Shown here: in pieces, positions 1 through 6,903 of the stretch
Layout of the letters: each line of letters begins with the position of its first letter
Numbering within the stretch: the stretch's first letter is position 1
Assembly (NCBI GenBank): GCA_040326155.1
Contig: JBEQLE010000079.1
Location: 1-18,242 of the forward strand
Direction of reading: 5' to 3'
DNA length: 18,242 nucleotides
From: Leptospirales bacterium
GTDB lineage: Bacteria > Spirochaetota > Leptospiria > Turneriellales > JAOUFE01
The notes under the pieces: model-generated
What the model saw: only the letters and a program-made list of their open reading frames with translations
Databases searched by the model: none
Told to the model about the DNA's origin: nothing
Program-made: the position numbers and the translations under genes

Positions 1-15
1 TCATGATGTACCTCC
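1..15 (-). promoter_or_regulatory. Shine-Dalgarno site plus start codon of a minus-strand gene that runs off the left edge of the window
   Basis: Minus strand reads GGAGGT-acatc-ATG-A (GGAGGT = 15..10, ATG = 4..2), a 5-nt spacing. Only one codon of the gene is visible. Confidence 0.7.
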
Positions 16-26
16 ATTAAAACTCT

Positions 27-238
27 TCTGCTGCACCCTTATATTGGCTGTTCGGCAACCCACCATGTGGGGCTATTTCGCCCCACTTGGCAGTCAGAAG
101 AAACCAGGGAAGCGGTTGTGTTCTTAGCATTTGATGATGCGGGCCACGAGTAGCTTTCCCTGGTTATATTATCGTACCGTTCACTTACGTTAGCGCTTCG
201 ATAACATGGGTAGCTTTACATATAAGGCCAAGAGCAGA
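27..238 (-). ncRNA. Candidate structured non-coding RNA or leader; possibly an IS110-family non-coding end (bridge-RNA-like)
   Basis: Nested inverted repeats: 27-32/233-238, 37-44/220-227 (8 bp perfect), 46-50/56-60, 67-73/80-86 (7 bp), 102-111/156-165 (10 bp perfect) enclosing 127-130/137-140, and 166-174/199-207. Two stems need G-U pairs that form only on the minus strand. More GC-rich than the adjacent TA locus. The IS110 assignment rests on remembered resemblance only. Confidence 0.55.
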
Positions 239-267
239 TCAAAGTTTGGTAGGCGATGTTCGGGGTT

Positions 268-688
268 TCAATAATATCCATTCAGTAGGTTATTGAACGT
301 TTCTCCCTTTCTTAGTTTATAGATATAGTAATCCGAATCAAAAGTAATAATATCATTAATTTCCTTTTCTTCAGCAAGTAATAATATTGAAGCATCAGCT
401 AGATCCATTGGAACATTTGAATACCGATTCATTAGGTTTAGTATCTTTTGAATGTGATTGGTGTTCAGGTCATAGATTGTAATAGCATGAAGATTTAACC
501 AATTAAAAAAAAGAAGATTGGACTTCCACATTAAAGTTTAGCATATAAGAAACTTCTGTAATAACTGGCCACGTTGTTCTTAACCGGTTTTAAAATTTTT
601 TAATATATTTCAAAGCATTATTATGATATTTATCATCACGATCGAATAAGGCTACAATTGGACCGGTGTCAATGATTACGTTTTTCAT
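268..688 (-). pseudogene. vapC: PIN-domain VapC-type toxin, disrupted
   Basis: From ATG at 688: MKNVIIDTGPIVALFDRDDKYHNNALKYIKKF*NRLRTTWPVITEVSYMLNFNVEVQSSFF. There is an in-frame TAA at 592..590 and a +1 frameshift in the A8 run at 505-512. The sequence then continues as NWLNL...PMDLADASILLLAEE...ITFDSDY to the stop at 268. PIN acidic motifs (DT, E, D-A-D, TFD) are present. Repaired length is 139 aa. Confidence 0.88.
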
Positions 689-917
689 ATATTTTTTTTC
701 TAATTATCTCTTTATAGTTAGTAGACGAATCCTTTCTGCCGCTACCGTGAATTCCAAAAAAAACCTCCCCTAGTTCATAGGGAGTTTTCTCAGAATAGTA
801 GATTGAAAAGTAAATTTCTAAAGCTTGTTTAATAACATCAGATTTAGTGATGTGTTCAGTTTGTGAAATCGTTTCGATTTTCTCTTTGAGCTCACGATTA
901 AGGCGTACAGTAGTCAT
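669..917 (-). CDS. Ribbon-helix-helix (CopG/MetJ/Arc-like) antitoxin of the VapBC pair
   Basis: 82 aa. N-terminal beta-strand MTTVRL followed by helices with the KSDVIKQAL motif. C-terminal YELGE.FFG..GSG..D.S is typical of such antitoxins. Overlaps the vapC start by 20 nt. Confidence 0.85.
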   Translation of the reverse strand: MTTVRLNRELKEKIETISQTEHITKSDVIKQALEIYFSIYYSEKTPYELGEVFFGIHGSGRKDSSTNYKEIIRKKIYEKRNH

Positions 918-918
918 G

Positions 919-955
919 TGTAATACATAGTATATTATAATTTAAATTGCGTCAA
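919..955 (-). promoter_or_regulatory. Sigma70-type promoter of the TA operon with overlapping palindromic operator
   Basis: TTGACG (955..950), 17-nt spacer, TACTAT (932..927), then 9 nt to the ATG with no SD. Palindrome TGTA-A-TACA at 919-927 covers the predicted start site. Confidence 0.65.
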
Positions 956-1565
956 CAAAATATTGCGTAATTTGGGCATCCAAAATATATCATATATTCC
1001 AACTTAATATTAAATCACCTGAACAGGTGAAAATTTATTGGACGCAGTAAACCCAGGCAGGACGCACATCTAAAATGGATATTTTCACAAAGTTTGTATT
1101 TTGTTTATTCCGTTGACGTTCGGTTCATCAAACTGTTAAAAGTACATTCATTTTTTCACAGTTTTAGCATATTTAATCTTCAGTGGAATTTATAATCACC
1201 CCGGTTTTTCAGTAATATCAAAATATTTAGAATTGAAAACGAGTTGATTTGTTCTTACAATTAATATTCACTTGACGGAATATACCAATCGCAGATGCAT
1301 TCTATGGGAAGCATTTGGGTAGTTTGAAGTGAAAAAATTTGGTCGAAGAATCAGTAGGATACAATATAAGTAAAAAAGTCTCTACTGTAAATACAATTGT
1401 TGTAAGATATCATTCTGAGATCTGAGTGGCCGCTTAGGCCACGAACAGATAAAATTTGTGATGTGATGTTGTCTTACGTGAATCAACTCCTTTAGAATGA
1501 TTTGTAACTCGTTTATATAGTACCAAAGATTATAGGATTGAATTCGTTTTACAAGACTCATGTGC

Positions 1566-1582
1566 TATAAGAAATACTTATA
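1566..1582. promoter_or_regulatory. LysR-type recognition box
   Basis: Perfect dyad TATAAG-aaata-CTTATA containing ATAA-N7-TTAT (T-N11-A), centred about 64 nt upstream of the predicted methyltransferase start site. Confidence 0.55.
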
Positions 1583-1603
1583 TCAGCAATACGAACTATT
1601 TAT

Positions 1604-1631
1604 TTGACTTATGGTAAAACTGTGTTATAAT
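1604..1631 (+). promoter_or_regulatory. Sigma70 promoter with extended -10 for the methyltransferase
   Basis: TTGACT (1604-1609), 16-nt spacer, TG-n-TATAAT (TG 1623-1624, TATAAT 1626-1631). ATG at 1638 lies 7 nt after the -10. Confidence 0.75.
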
Positions 1632-1637
1632 TTCAAT

Positions 1638-2345
1638 ATGAAAAAATCAACAATAGCAGAAATTGAACAACGTTTTAATAATGATGTAGATAGGTTTTCC
1701 GACCTAGAAACTGGGCAAACCTCAACAATTGATGCAACTATATCTTTGGATCTTATAACAGAAGCTGCTCGAAGAATGAAACCTGATGCAAAAGCTTTAT
1801 TAGATGTAGGTTGCGGTGCTGGTAATTATACTTTGCAAATGCTCTCAAAATTGCCAGACCTTCGATGTACACTAATTGACTTAAGTAAACCCATGCTTGA
1901 TAAGGCGTTTCAGCGAGTTACAGCTAAGACTAATGCAGAGGTTTCGATATTACATGGTGACATCCGTGTTTTGGAATTAGAAAATAACAGTGTTGATATA
2001 ATTTTGGCCGGTGCAGTGTTACATCATTTAAGAGATGATAGTGATTGGGAATTTACGTTTCAGAAGCTGTTCAATTTACTCAAACCAGATGGGTGCTTAA
2101 TGATATCAGATTTAATCATTCAAGAAACGAAGGTTCTAACTTATCTTATTTGGGAGAAATACAGTATCTATTTGAAGGAAACAGGCGGAACTGACTACCG
2201 AGATAAAGTATTCAAATATATTGACCAGGAGGATTCACCCCGTTCAATGACTTATCAGTTAGATCTAATGCGAAAGGTCGGATTTGATAAAGTTGAAATT
2301 CTGCATAAGAACACTTGCTTTGGAGCATTCGCTGGAATAAAATAG
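1638..2345 (+). CDS. Class I SAM-dependent methyltransferase (CmoA-like fold, substrate unknown)
   Basis: Motif I LLDVGCGAG, acidic IDLSKPML, GDI, and AVLHHL. Start moved from the ORF-track 1611 to 1638 (MKKSTIAEIEQRF) because 1611 lies inside the promoter spacer. Confidence 0.9.
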   Translation: MKKSTIAEIEQRFNNDVDRFSDLETGQTSTIDATISLDLITEAARRMKPDAKALLDVGCGAGNYTLQMLSKLPDLRCTLIDLSKPMLDKAFQRVTAKTNAEVSILHGDIRVLELENNSVDIILAGAVLHHLRDDSDWEFTFQKLFNLLKPDGCLMISDLIIQETKVLTYLIWEKYSIYLKETGGTDYRDKVFKYIDQEDSPRSMTYQLDLMRKVGFDKVEILHKNTCFGAFAGIK

Positions 2346-2579
2346 ATTAAATGACATTTGTGATTAATTTGAAAAATATGTTGGAAAACGGATGGTGGTT
2401 GTTCTACTACCCATAATCGTCGTATTTCTTGAAGATAGTCCACAAGAGAATTTCATCTAACTCTACACGTACCCAGTAATCCCGTAACCAAATAAATGAT
2501 TTTTCTTTTAAAGTTTTTGCCTGCGGTCAGTTCAGCAAAAGAGTTTTCCCGGATGACTACTTTACGTCGGGGTCTCAAA

Positions 2580-2621
2580 AATCTTTTTTACCGCCTTGTG
2601 AAAAAGGCGGTAAAAAAGATT
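2580..2621. repeat. Perfect 18-bp inverted repeat with a 6-nt loop
   Basis: AATCTTTTTTACCGCCTT-gtgaaa-AAGGCGGTAAAAAAGATT, about 25 nt downstream of the ferredoxin stop. It may act in termination or 3'-end protection. Confidence 0.8.
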
Positions 2622-2627
2622 CTCTTG

Positions 2628-2650
2628 AGGGGCAGACTTGCCCCTTTTAT
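2628..2650 (+). terminator. GC-rich hairpin with T tail next to the ferredoxin stop codon
   Basis: AGGGGCA-gact-TGCCCCT followed by TTTAT on the plus strand, between the convergent methyltransferase and ferredoxin genes. Confidence 0.5.
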
Positions 2651-3030
2651 AATTTTCCTGCTTCTTGCATCATTAATTTAATTCGTTCCTGGAAGGAACA
2701 GACTTCTGATAAGATTGTTTCGGGGTCTGGGTCGTTTCGATCTTCGACCAGGTTTCCTTTTATTAGGTGTTCTTGGACAATGGTGGTTACATCTTCTTCT
2801 TTAACTGCGGTGTACCATTTTCCTTCCGGAAAAACCATTACGTTGGCTCCGCGACTGCATGTACCTACGCATCCTGAACCTGTGACGATAATATCTTTTT
2901 CTAAACCAGCTTTGAAGACTTCACTGCGAAAAGATTCTAAAATGGCTCCGCCGCCAAAACCCCCGCAACTCGGGACCATGGGTGGTTTGGCCTGGGTACA
3001 AACAAATATATGGTGTTTTCCTACTAGCAT
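2647..3030 (-). CDS. Thioredoxin-like [2Fe-2S] ferredoxin
   Basis: HIFVC-x10-C ... GC-x3-C..G..V.V.PEG.WY..V...DV..IV.EHL..G family pattern. SD AGGAG upstream. Confidence 0.92.
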   Translation of the reverse strand: MLVGKHHIFVCTQAKPPMVPSCGGFGGGAILESFRSEVFKAGLEKDIIVTGSGCVGTCSRGANVMVFPEGKWYTAVKEEDVTTIVQEHLIKGNLVEDRNDPDPETILSEVCSFQERIKLMMQEAGKL

Positions 3031-3177
3031 GAATTCTCCTGTGAATATAATCTAGCTTCCTTAAAATATTGTTTCGACAGGGGGGACACAATTTTTCTAT
3101 GTGCTGGCAAGCGCGGTTAAGCTGTTGAGTGGTTGAGCGGTTTTATACGATTTTCCTGGAAAGTAGTGTTTTATGTA

Positions 3178-3206
3178 TTGACGTCTGTTTGTATTTGTTT
3201 TAAATT
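3178..3206 (+). promoter_or_regulatory. Putative sigma70 promoter for the HAD gene
   Basis: TTGACG (3178-3183), 17-nt spacer, TAAATT (3201-3206), then 11 nt to the ATG. Confidence 0.45.
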
Positions 3207-3217
3207 AACTTAGACTT

Positions 3218-3913
3218 ATGGATGAAAAAATTGAACTTATAATATATGACTGGGATGGAACTTTGATGGACTCTATTGGCTTGATTAGCCAATGTATGCA
3301 AAAAGCATTTTCTGAGTTGGCTCTACCTGAACTTAGCGACGAAAAAGCAAAATCGATTATCGGTTTAGCGCTCGTGCGTGGAATAGAGGTTTTAACACCC
3401 GGTGCCTCTGTAGCTTTGCGTGAAAAAGTTGTGCTAACCTACAAAAAATATTTTTTTAAATTGTCCGAAACTGGAATGCACCTGTTTCCAGGGGTCGCCA
3501 AAGGGATGAGTCAACTGAAAGCGAATGGGGTAGGCTTAGCGGTTGCTACCGGGAAATCACGAATGGGCCTAGATCGCGATTTTGCACGCATTGATTTCGC
3601 CGATTTTTTTCACGAGACCCGTACAATAGATGAGTGTCGGCCCAAACCAGACCCTCATATGATTGAAGATATTATGCAAACGTTGAAAGTAGACCCCGAT
3701 AAAACCATTATGGTCGGAGATACAAGTTATGATATGGAAATGGCGGAGCGAGCCGGAATAAGGAGAATAGCGGCTTCTTATGGCGCGCATCCGGTCGAGC
3801 AATTAACGCCTTTTAAACCTGAGAAGGTGTTTTCCGATTTTCAGACTTTACATGAATGGCTTTTGTCTAGAGTCGGTGATAACAGTTCTAATTCTGATCA
3901 CGCCAGGGTTTAA
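3218..3913 (+). CDS. HAD-superfamily hydrolase, subfamily IA (phosphoglycolate phosphatase-like)
   Basis: Motif I DWDGTL, motif II VATGK, motif III KPDP, motif IV VGDT.YD. Confidence 0.92.
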   Translation: MDEKIELIIYDWDGTLMDSIGLISQCMQKAFSELALPELSDEKAKSIIGLALVRGIEVLTPGASVALREKVVLTYKKYFFKLSETGMHLFPGVAKGMSQLKANGVGLAVATGKSRMGLDRDFARIDFADFFHETRTIDECRPKPDPHMIEDIMQTLKVDPDKTIMVGDTSYDMEMAERAGIRRIAASYGAHPVEQLTPFKPEKVFSDFQTLHEWLLSRVGDNSSNSDHARV

Positions 3914-5084
3914 ATAAAATGGTGTGAATTGTTGTTTCGTCCGCTTTTTCTATAGAGAAAGTTCCAAAATCGGTTTTTAACACTTCGCCTGTTTCGGGAA
4001 TTTTATGTAGTGCGAACAGTATATAACCTGAAATGGTTTCAAAACCTTCTTTGGGTATTATTACATTAAATTTATCGTTAAAATCGTCCACATCGAGATT
4101 TCCATCTAGCTGAAATTCCTGGCCGGGAAGTTCTACGATGTCGGGTTTTTCTTGTTGTTGTTCGAGGCTGATAATTTCATCGCCTACAATTTCTTCTGCG
4201 ATATTTTCAAGGCTGATCATTCCAGAGACTGAACCATACTCGTTAACTACAAAGACAACGGGGTTTTTCTCATTTTGCATTTTAAATAGAAGTCGATCTG
4301 CGCTCAATGTTTCGGGAACAAAGATCGCGGGTTTCATAACGCCCGATATTTTACTGCTCAATTTAAGTTTTAAGAAATCGGCGACATTTACGTACCCAAT
4401 AATTTGATCGCCTCTATTTTTAAAAACCGGGTATCTGCTGTAACGAGTTTTATCGAGAAGTGAGAGCGTTTCTTGCACCGAACTATCTTTATGAATGGAG
4501 TAAAGATCGGGCAGGGGAGTCATAATTTCTAACGACGCTGTTTTACTCAACGATAGAAGTCCGCGCGAAATAGGTCTTTTTTCTTGTATAAAGTGACTAC
4601 CCAGAAAGTAAACGAAATCTTCTTTATTACCTCCCTTTTTAGGAAAGAGTTTAATAAAGAAATGCGTAGCTAGTCGAAAGAAAAGTCCAATAGGCATAAG
4701 TAAGTAGTGGAAAAACCAGATAACAGGTGCCGTATAAAGTAAAACATGGCTGTGTAATTTACGAAATACACTTTTGGGCAGAGCTTCGGCAAGAAAGAAA
4801 AATAGTAAAATTTCACTGGTAAAGGCAATAACTTTGCCCGTGACACTGTCAGAGTACTGGGAAATTAAAGTGTCCAAAAAAAGTGTAGCCGCTACAATTG
4901 AAAAGTTATTTCCAATAACCATAGAAGCAATTAAATTATCTTTCTGGTGATATAGTTTCAATAAACGCGATTTGTTTTTTCTGGTTACGCCGAAAGGTGT
5001 AGCTCCCAAGAGAGCGATTTCAGCCCCGGAGAAAAAAGCCGATGTAATAACGGCAACGGAAATTATAGTAATATGTAGGATCAT
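3888..5084 (-). CDS. CNNM/DUF21-CBS-CorC 'hemolysin family' membrane protein (Mg2+/Co2+ transporter-like)
   Basis: SAFFSGAEIAL, IGNN, AEALPK, YSRYPV, VVNEYGSVSGMISLENIAEEIVG, and the CorC domain motif FETISGY. Confidence 0.92.
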   Translation of the reverse strand: MILHITIISVAVITSAFFSGAEIALLGATPFGVTRKNKSRLLKLYHQKDNLIASMVIGNNFSIVAATLFLDTLISQYSDSVTGKVIAFTSEILLFFFLAEALPKSVFRKLHSHVLLYTAPVIWFFHYLLMPIGLFFRLATHFFIKLFPKKGGNKEDFVYFLGSHFIQEKRPISRGLLSLSKTASLEIMTPLPDLYSIHKDSSVQETLSLLDKTRYSRYPVFKNRGDQIIGYVNVADFLKLKLSSKISGVMKPAIFVPETLSADRLLFKMQNEKNPVVFVVNEYGSVSGMISLENIAEEIVGDEIISLEQQQEKPDIVELPGQEFQLDGNLDVDDFNDKFNVIIPKEGFETISGYILFALHKIPETGEVLKTDFGTFSIEKADETTIHTILFKPWRDQN

Positions 5085-5097
5085 TTTTTATTATGCT

Positions 5098-6363
5098 CTA
5101 ATTTTCTGTCTCTTCTTCAATTTGATTTTCCGTCACTTTCACAGAAGTAATTATATATTTTTTTATTTTCATTTGTGAAAATATTAAACCGTCAATTAAC
5201 AGTTTTGTATTTGCCTGCGGATAGCCGTCCAGCTTTTCGATTAAATAACCCGAAAGAGTTTCGGAAGATTGTCCAGAAAAAGATTTATGAAAGAACTCGT
5301 TAAAGTCATCCAGGGTGGTGCCACCCATGACCCGATAATTTCGATCGTTAAGTTTTTTAATCGATATGGTCCTGTGTTTTGTCGGTTTGGTTTTTACCGA
5401 TGTATTGAGTTCGCCCATCAATTTTTGAAAAATCTCTTTCATTGTGACAATGCCTGCAAATTCGCCTAGTTCATCTAATATGACAGCCACTTCAATTTTA
5501 GACTTTATAAACTCGCCCAATAGATCTCTTAAAGAGATGGTGGCTGGAAACGACAGTGGTTCTGAAATATACTTCAGAATTTTATTTTGCTTTTTTTTGA
5601 GTTTCGGAACAAGGTTTCGCACATGCAAATATCCCATTATAGAACCGTCTTTCTCATTATATATAAATGAAAGCATGGCTCCCGTTTCTGCAAATTCTTT
5701 TTGCGCTTTTGCTACGGTACAGGTATGAGCCAACATGAAAACCTGGGAACGCGGTATCATTATATTATAGGCTGTATCGTAATAAAAATTTACAGCTCGC
5801 TTTAATAAAAATTGTTCATTTGCATTGAGAATCCCTTCACTTTGTGCATCTTCAACAGAATTAACCAGATCACGTTCTTGAATTCGGGATTTATAATCGG
5901 GTATTCTTTTTGTTATAAGATTTGTGAGTAGATAAATAGGCCATGCCAGAATAACGGATATACGATACCAGAAATAGATAATTCTGGAAACGGACATACT
6001 CCATTTTTCAGATCTTCGAAGCGCAGTAACTTTGGGAATAATCTCCCCAAAAATTAAAAGGATAAACGTAATGACCATAAGGTAGACCAGTTCGGAATGT
6101 TTGTCTAAGGTAAAATTTTCGCGAAGCAACTGGTTTCCAAAATAAGAGAACACTACATTTACAGATAGATTACCAAGTAAAATTACCGATAAAGTTTTTT
6201 CGGGTTTCGATAATAACAGTCTTAAAATTTTAGATTTAGAGGGTTGTTTTTCGGTCAGTCTCGATATTTTACCCTTATCGAGTGAAAAAAGCGCTGACTC
6301 ACTTCCACTGAATAATCCAGATATGACCAAAGCAACCAGTAAAATCAAAAGGGATATTATCAT
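5098..6363 (-). CDS. CNNM/DUF21-CBS-CorC 'hemolysin family' membrane protein (GldE/TlyC-like paralog)
   Basis: SGLFSGSESALFSL, LLGNL, FGEIIPK, IMIPR, ILDELGEFAGIVT, SETLSGY. Confidence 0.92.
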   Translation of the reverse strand: MIISLLILLVALVISGLFSGSESALFSLDKGKISRLTEKQPSKSKILRLLLSKPEKTLSVILLGNLSVNVVFSYFGNQLLRENFTLDKHSELVYLMVITFILLIFGEIIPKVTALRRSEKWSMSVSRIIYFWYRISVILAWPIYLLTNLITKRIPDYKSRIQERDLVNSVEDAQSEGILNANEQFLLKRAVNFYYDTAYNIMIPRSQVFMLAHTCTVAKAQKEFAETGAMLSFIYNEKDGSIMGYLHVRNLVPKLKKKQNKILKYISEPLSFPATISLRDLLGEFIKSKIEVAVILDELGEFAGIVTMKEIFQKLMGELNTSVKTKPTKHRTISIKKLNDRNYRVMGGTTLDDFNEFFHKSFSGQSSETLSGYLIEKLDGYPQANTKLLIDGLIFSQMKIKKYIITSVKVTENQIEEETEN

Positions 6364-6379
6364 TTTTCAATAAAAAGTT

Positions 6380-6898
6380 TTAAGTTTTGAGGTTTTGTAC
6401 GTAATACATTGCCCGTTCGGAATAATCCAGCGCGGTATGTTTTATACCTTCTATTTCCGATTCCTTGAGTGGACGAATGATTCTTGCAGGAACTCCGGCT
6501 ACCAAGGTTTTTTCGGGTACAACAAAACCGGGGGTGACTAATGCTCCGGCTGCTACAAACCCAAAAGGTTCCACGACTGCATTATCTAAAACGGTTGCAG
6601 AAATCCCAACAAAAGAATAGTCTTTTAAAGTAGCTCCGTGTATAACTGCGTTATGGCCAACGGTTACATGGTTGCCCAGTATGGCAGCAAATTTGTCTGT
6701 TGTTACATGAATTACACTGTTGTCTTGTATATTGGTGTATTCTCCGATTTCAACCGGGAAACCGTCGCCACGAATTGTACAGCCGAACCAAACGGATGAA
6801 AATTTTCCAATTTTTACATCGCCAACAATGTCTGCTGAAGGGGCAATAAATGTATTCTGGTCAATTTCAATTTTTTTATCAGGAAGGCGGTATATCAT
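6380..6898 (-). CDS. Gamma-class carbonic anhydrase family protein (YrdA/PaaY-like)
   Basis: Hexapeptide repeats, IRGD, NIQDNSVIH, and VGHNAVIHG, giving the three expected Zn-ligand histidines. Confidence 0.95.
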   Translation of the reverse strand: MIYRLPDKKIEIDQNTFIAPSADIVGDVKIGKFSSVWFGCTIRGDGFPVEIGEYTNIQDNSVIHVTTDKFAAILGNHVTVGHNAVIHGATLKDYSFVGISATVLDNAVVEPFGFVAAGALVTPGFVVPEKTLVAGVPARIIRPLKESEIEGIKHTALDYSERAMYYVQNLKT

Positions 6899-6903
6899 GA
6901 TGA

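Noticed and set aside
16..240. Known riboswitch, tRNA, 6S RNA, group II intron end or OMEGA/HEARO RNA
   Set aside because: I could not find the diagnostic motifs of any of these by eye, so no named family is assigned.
268..531. 87-aa ORF as an intact gene
   Set aside because: It is the C-terminal piece of the broken vapC with an out-of-frame N-terminus (MWKSNLL).
1290..1375. HU/IHF-like fragment (AFG*FEVKK) on the plus strand
   Set aside because: The match is too short, is interrupted by a stop, and the flanks do not fit the family.
1382..1561. About 59-codon minus-strand ORF (MSLVKRIQ...) as the missing LysR
   Set aside because: No LysR helix-turn-helix pattern and no SD.
2255..2443. 62-aa minus-strand ORF
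   Set aside because: Overlaps the methyltransferase 3' end in antisense and shows no coherent family signal.
2496..2681. 61-aa plus-strand ORF
   Set aside because: Runs through the hairpin cluster and into the ferredoxin gene in antisense. Its Lys/Phe/Leu content simply reflects the A/T tracts.
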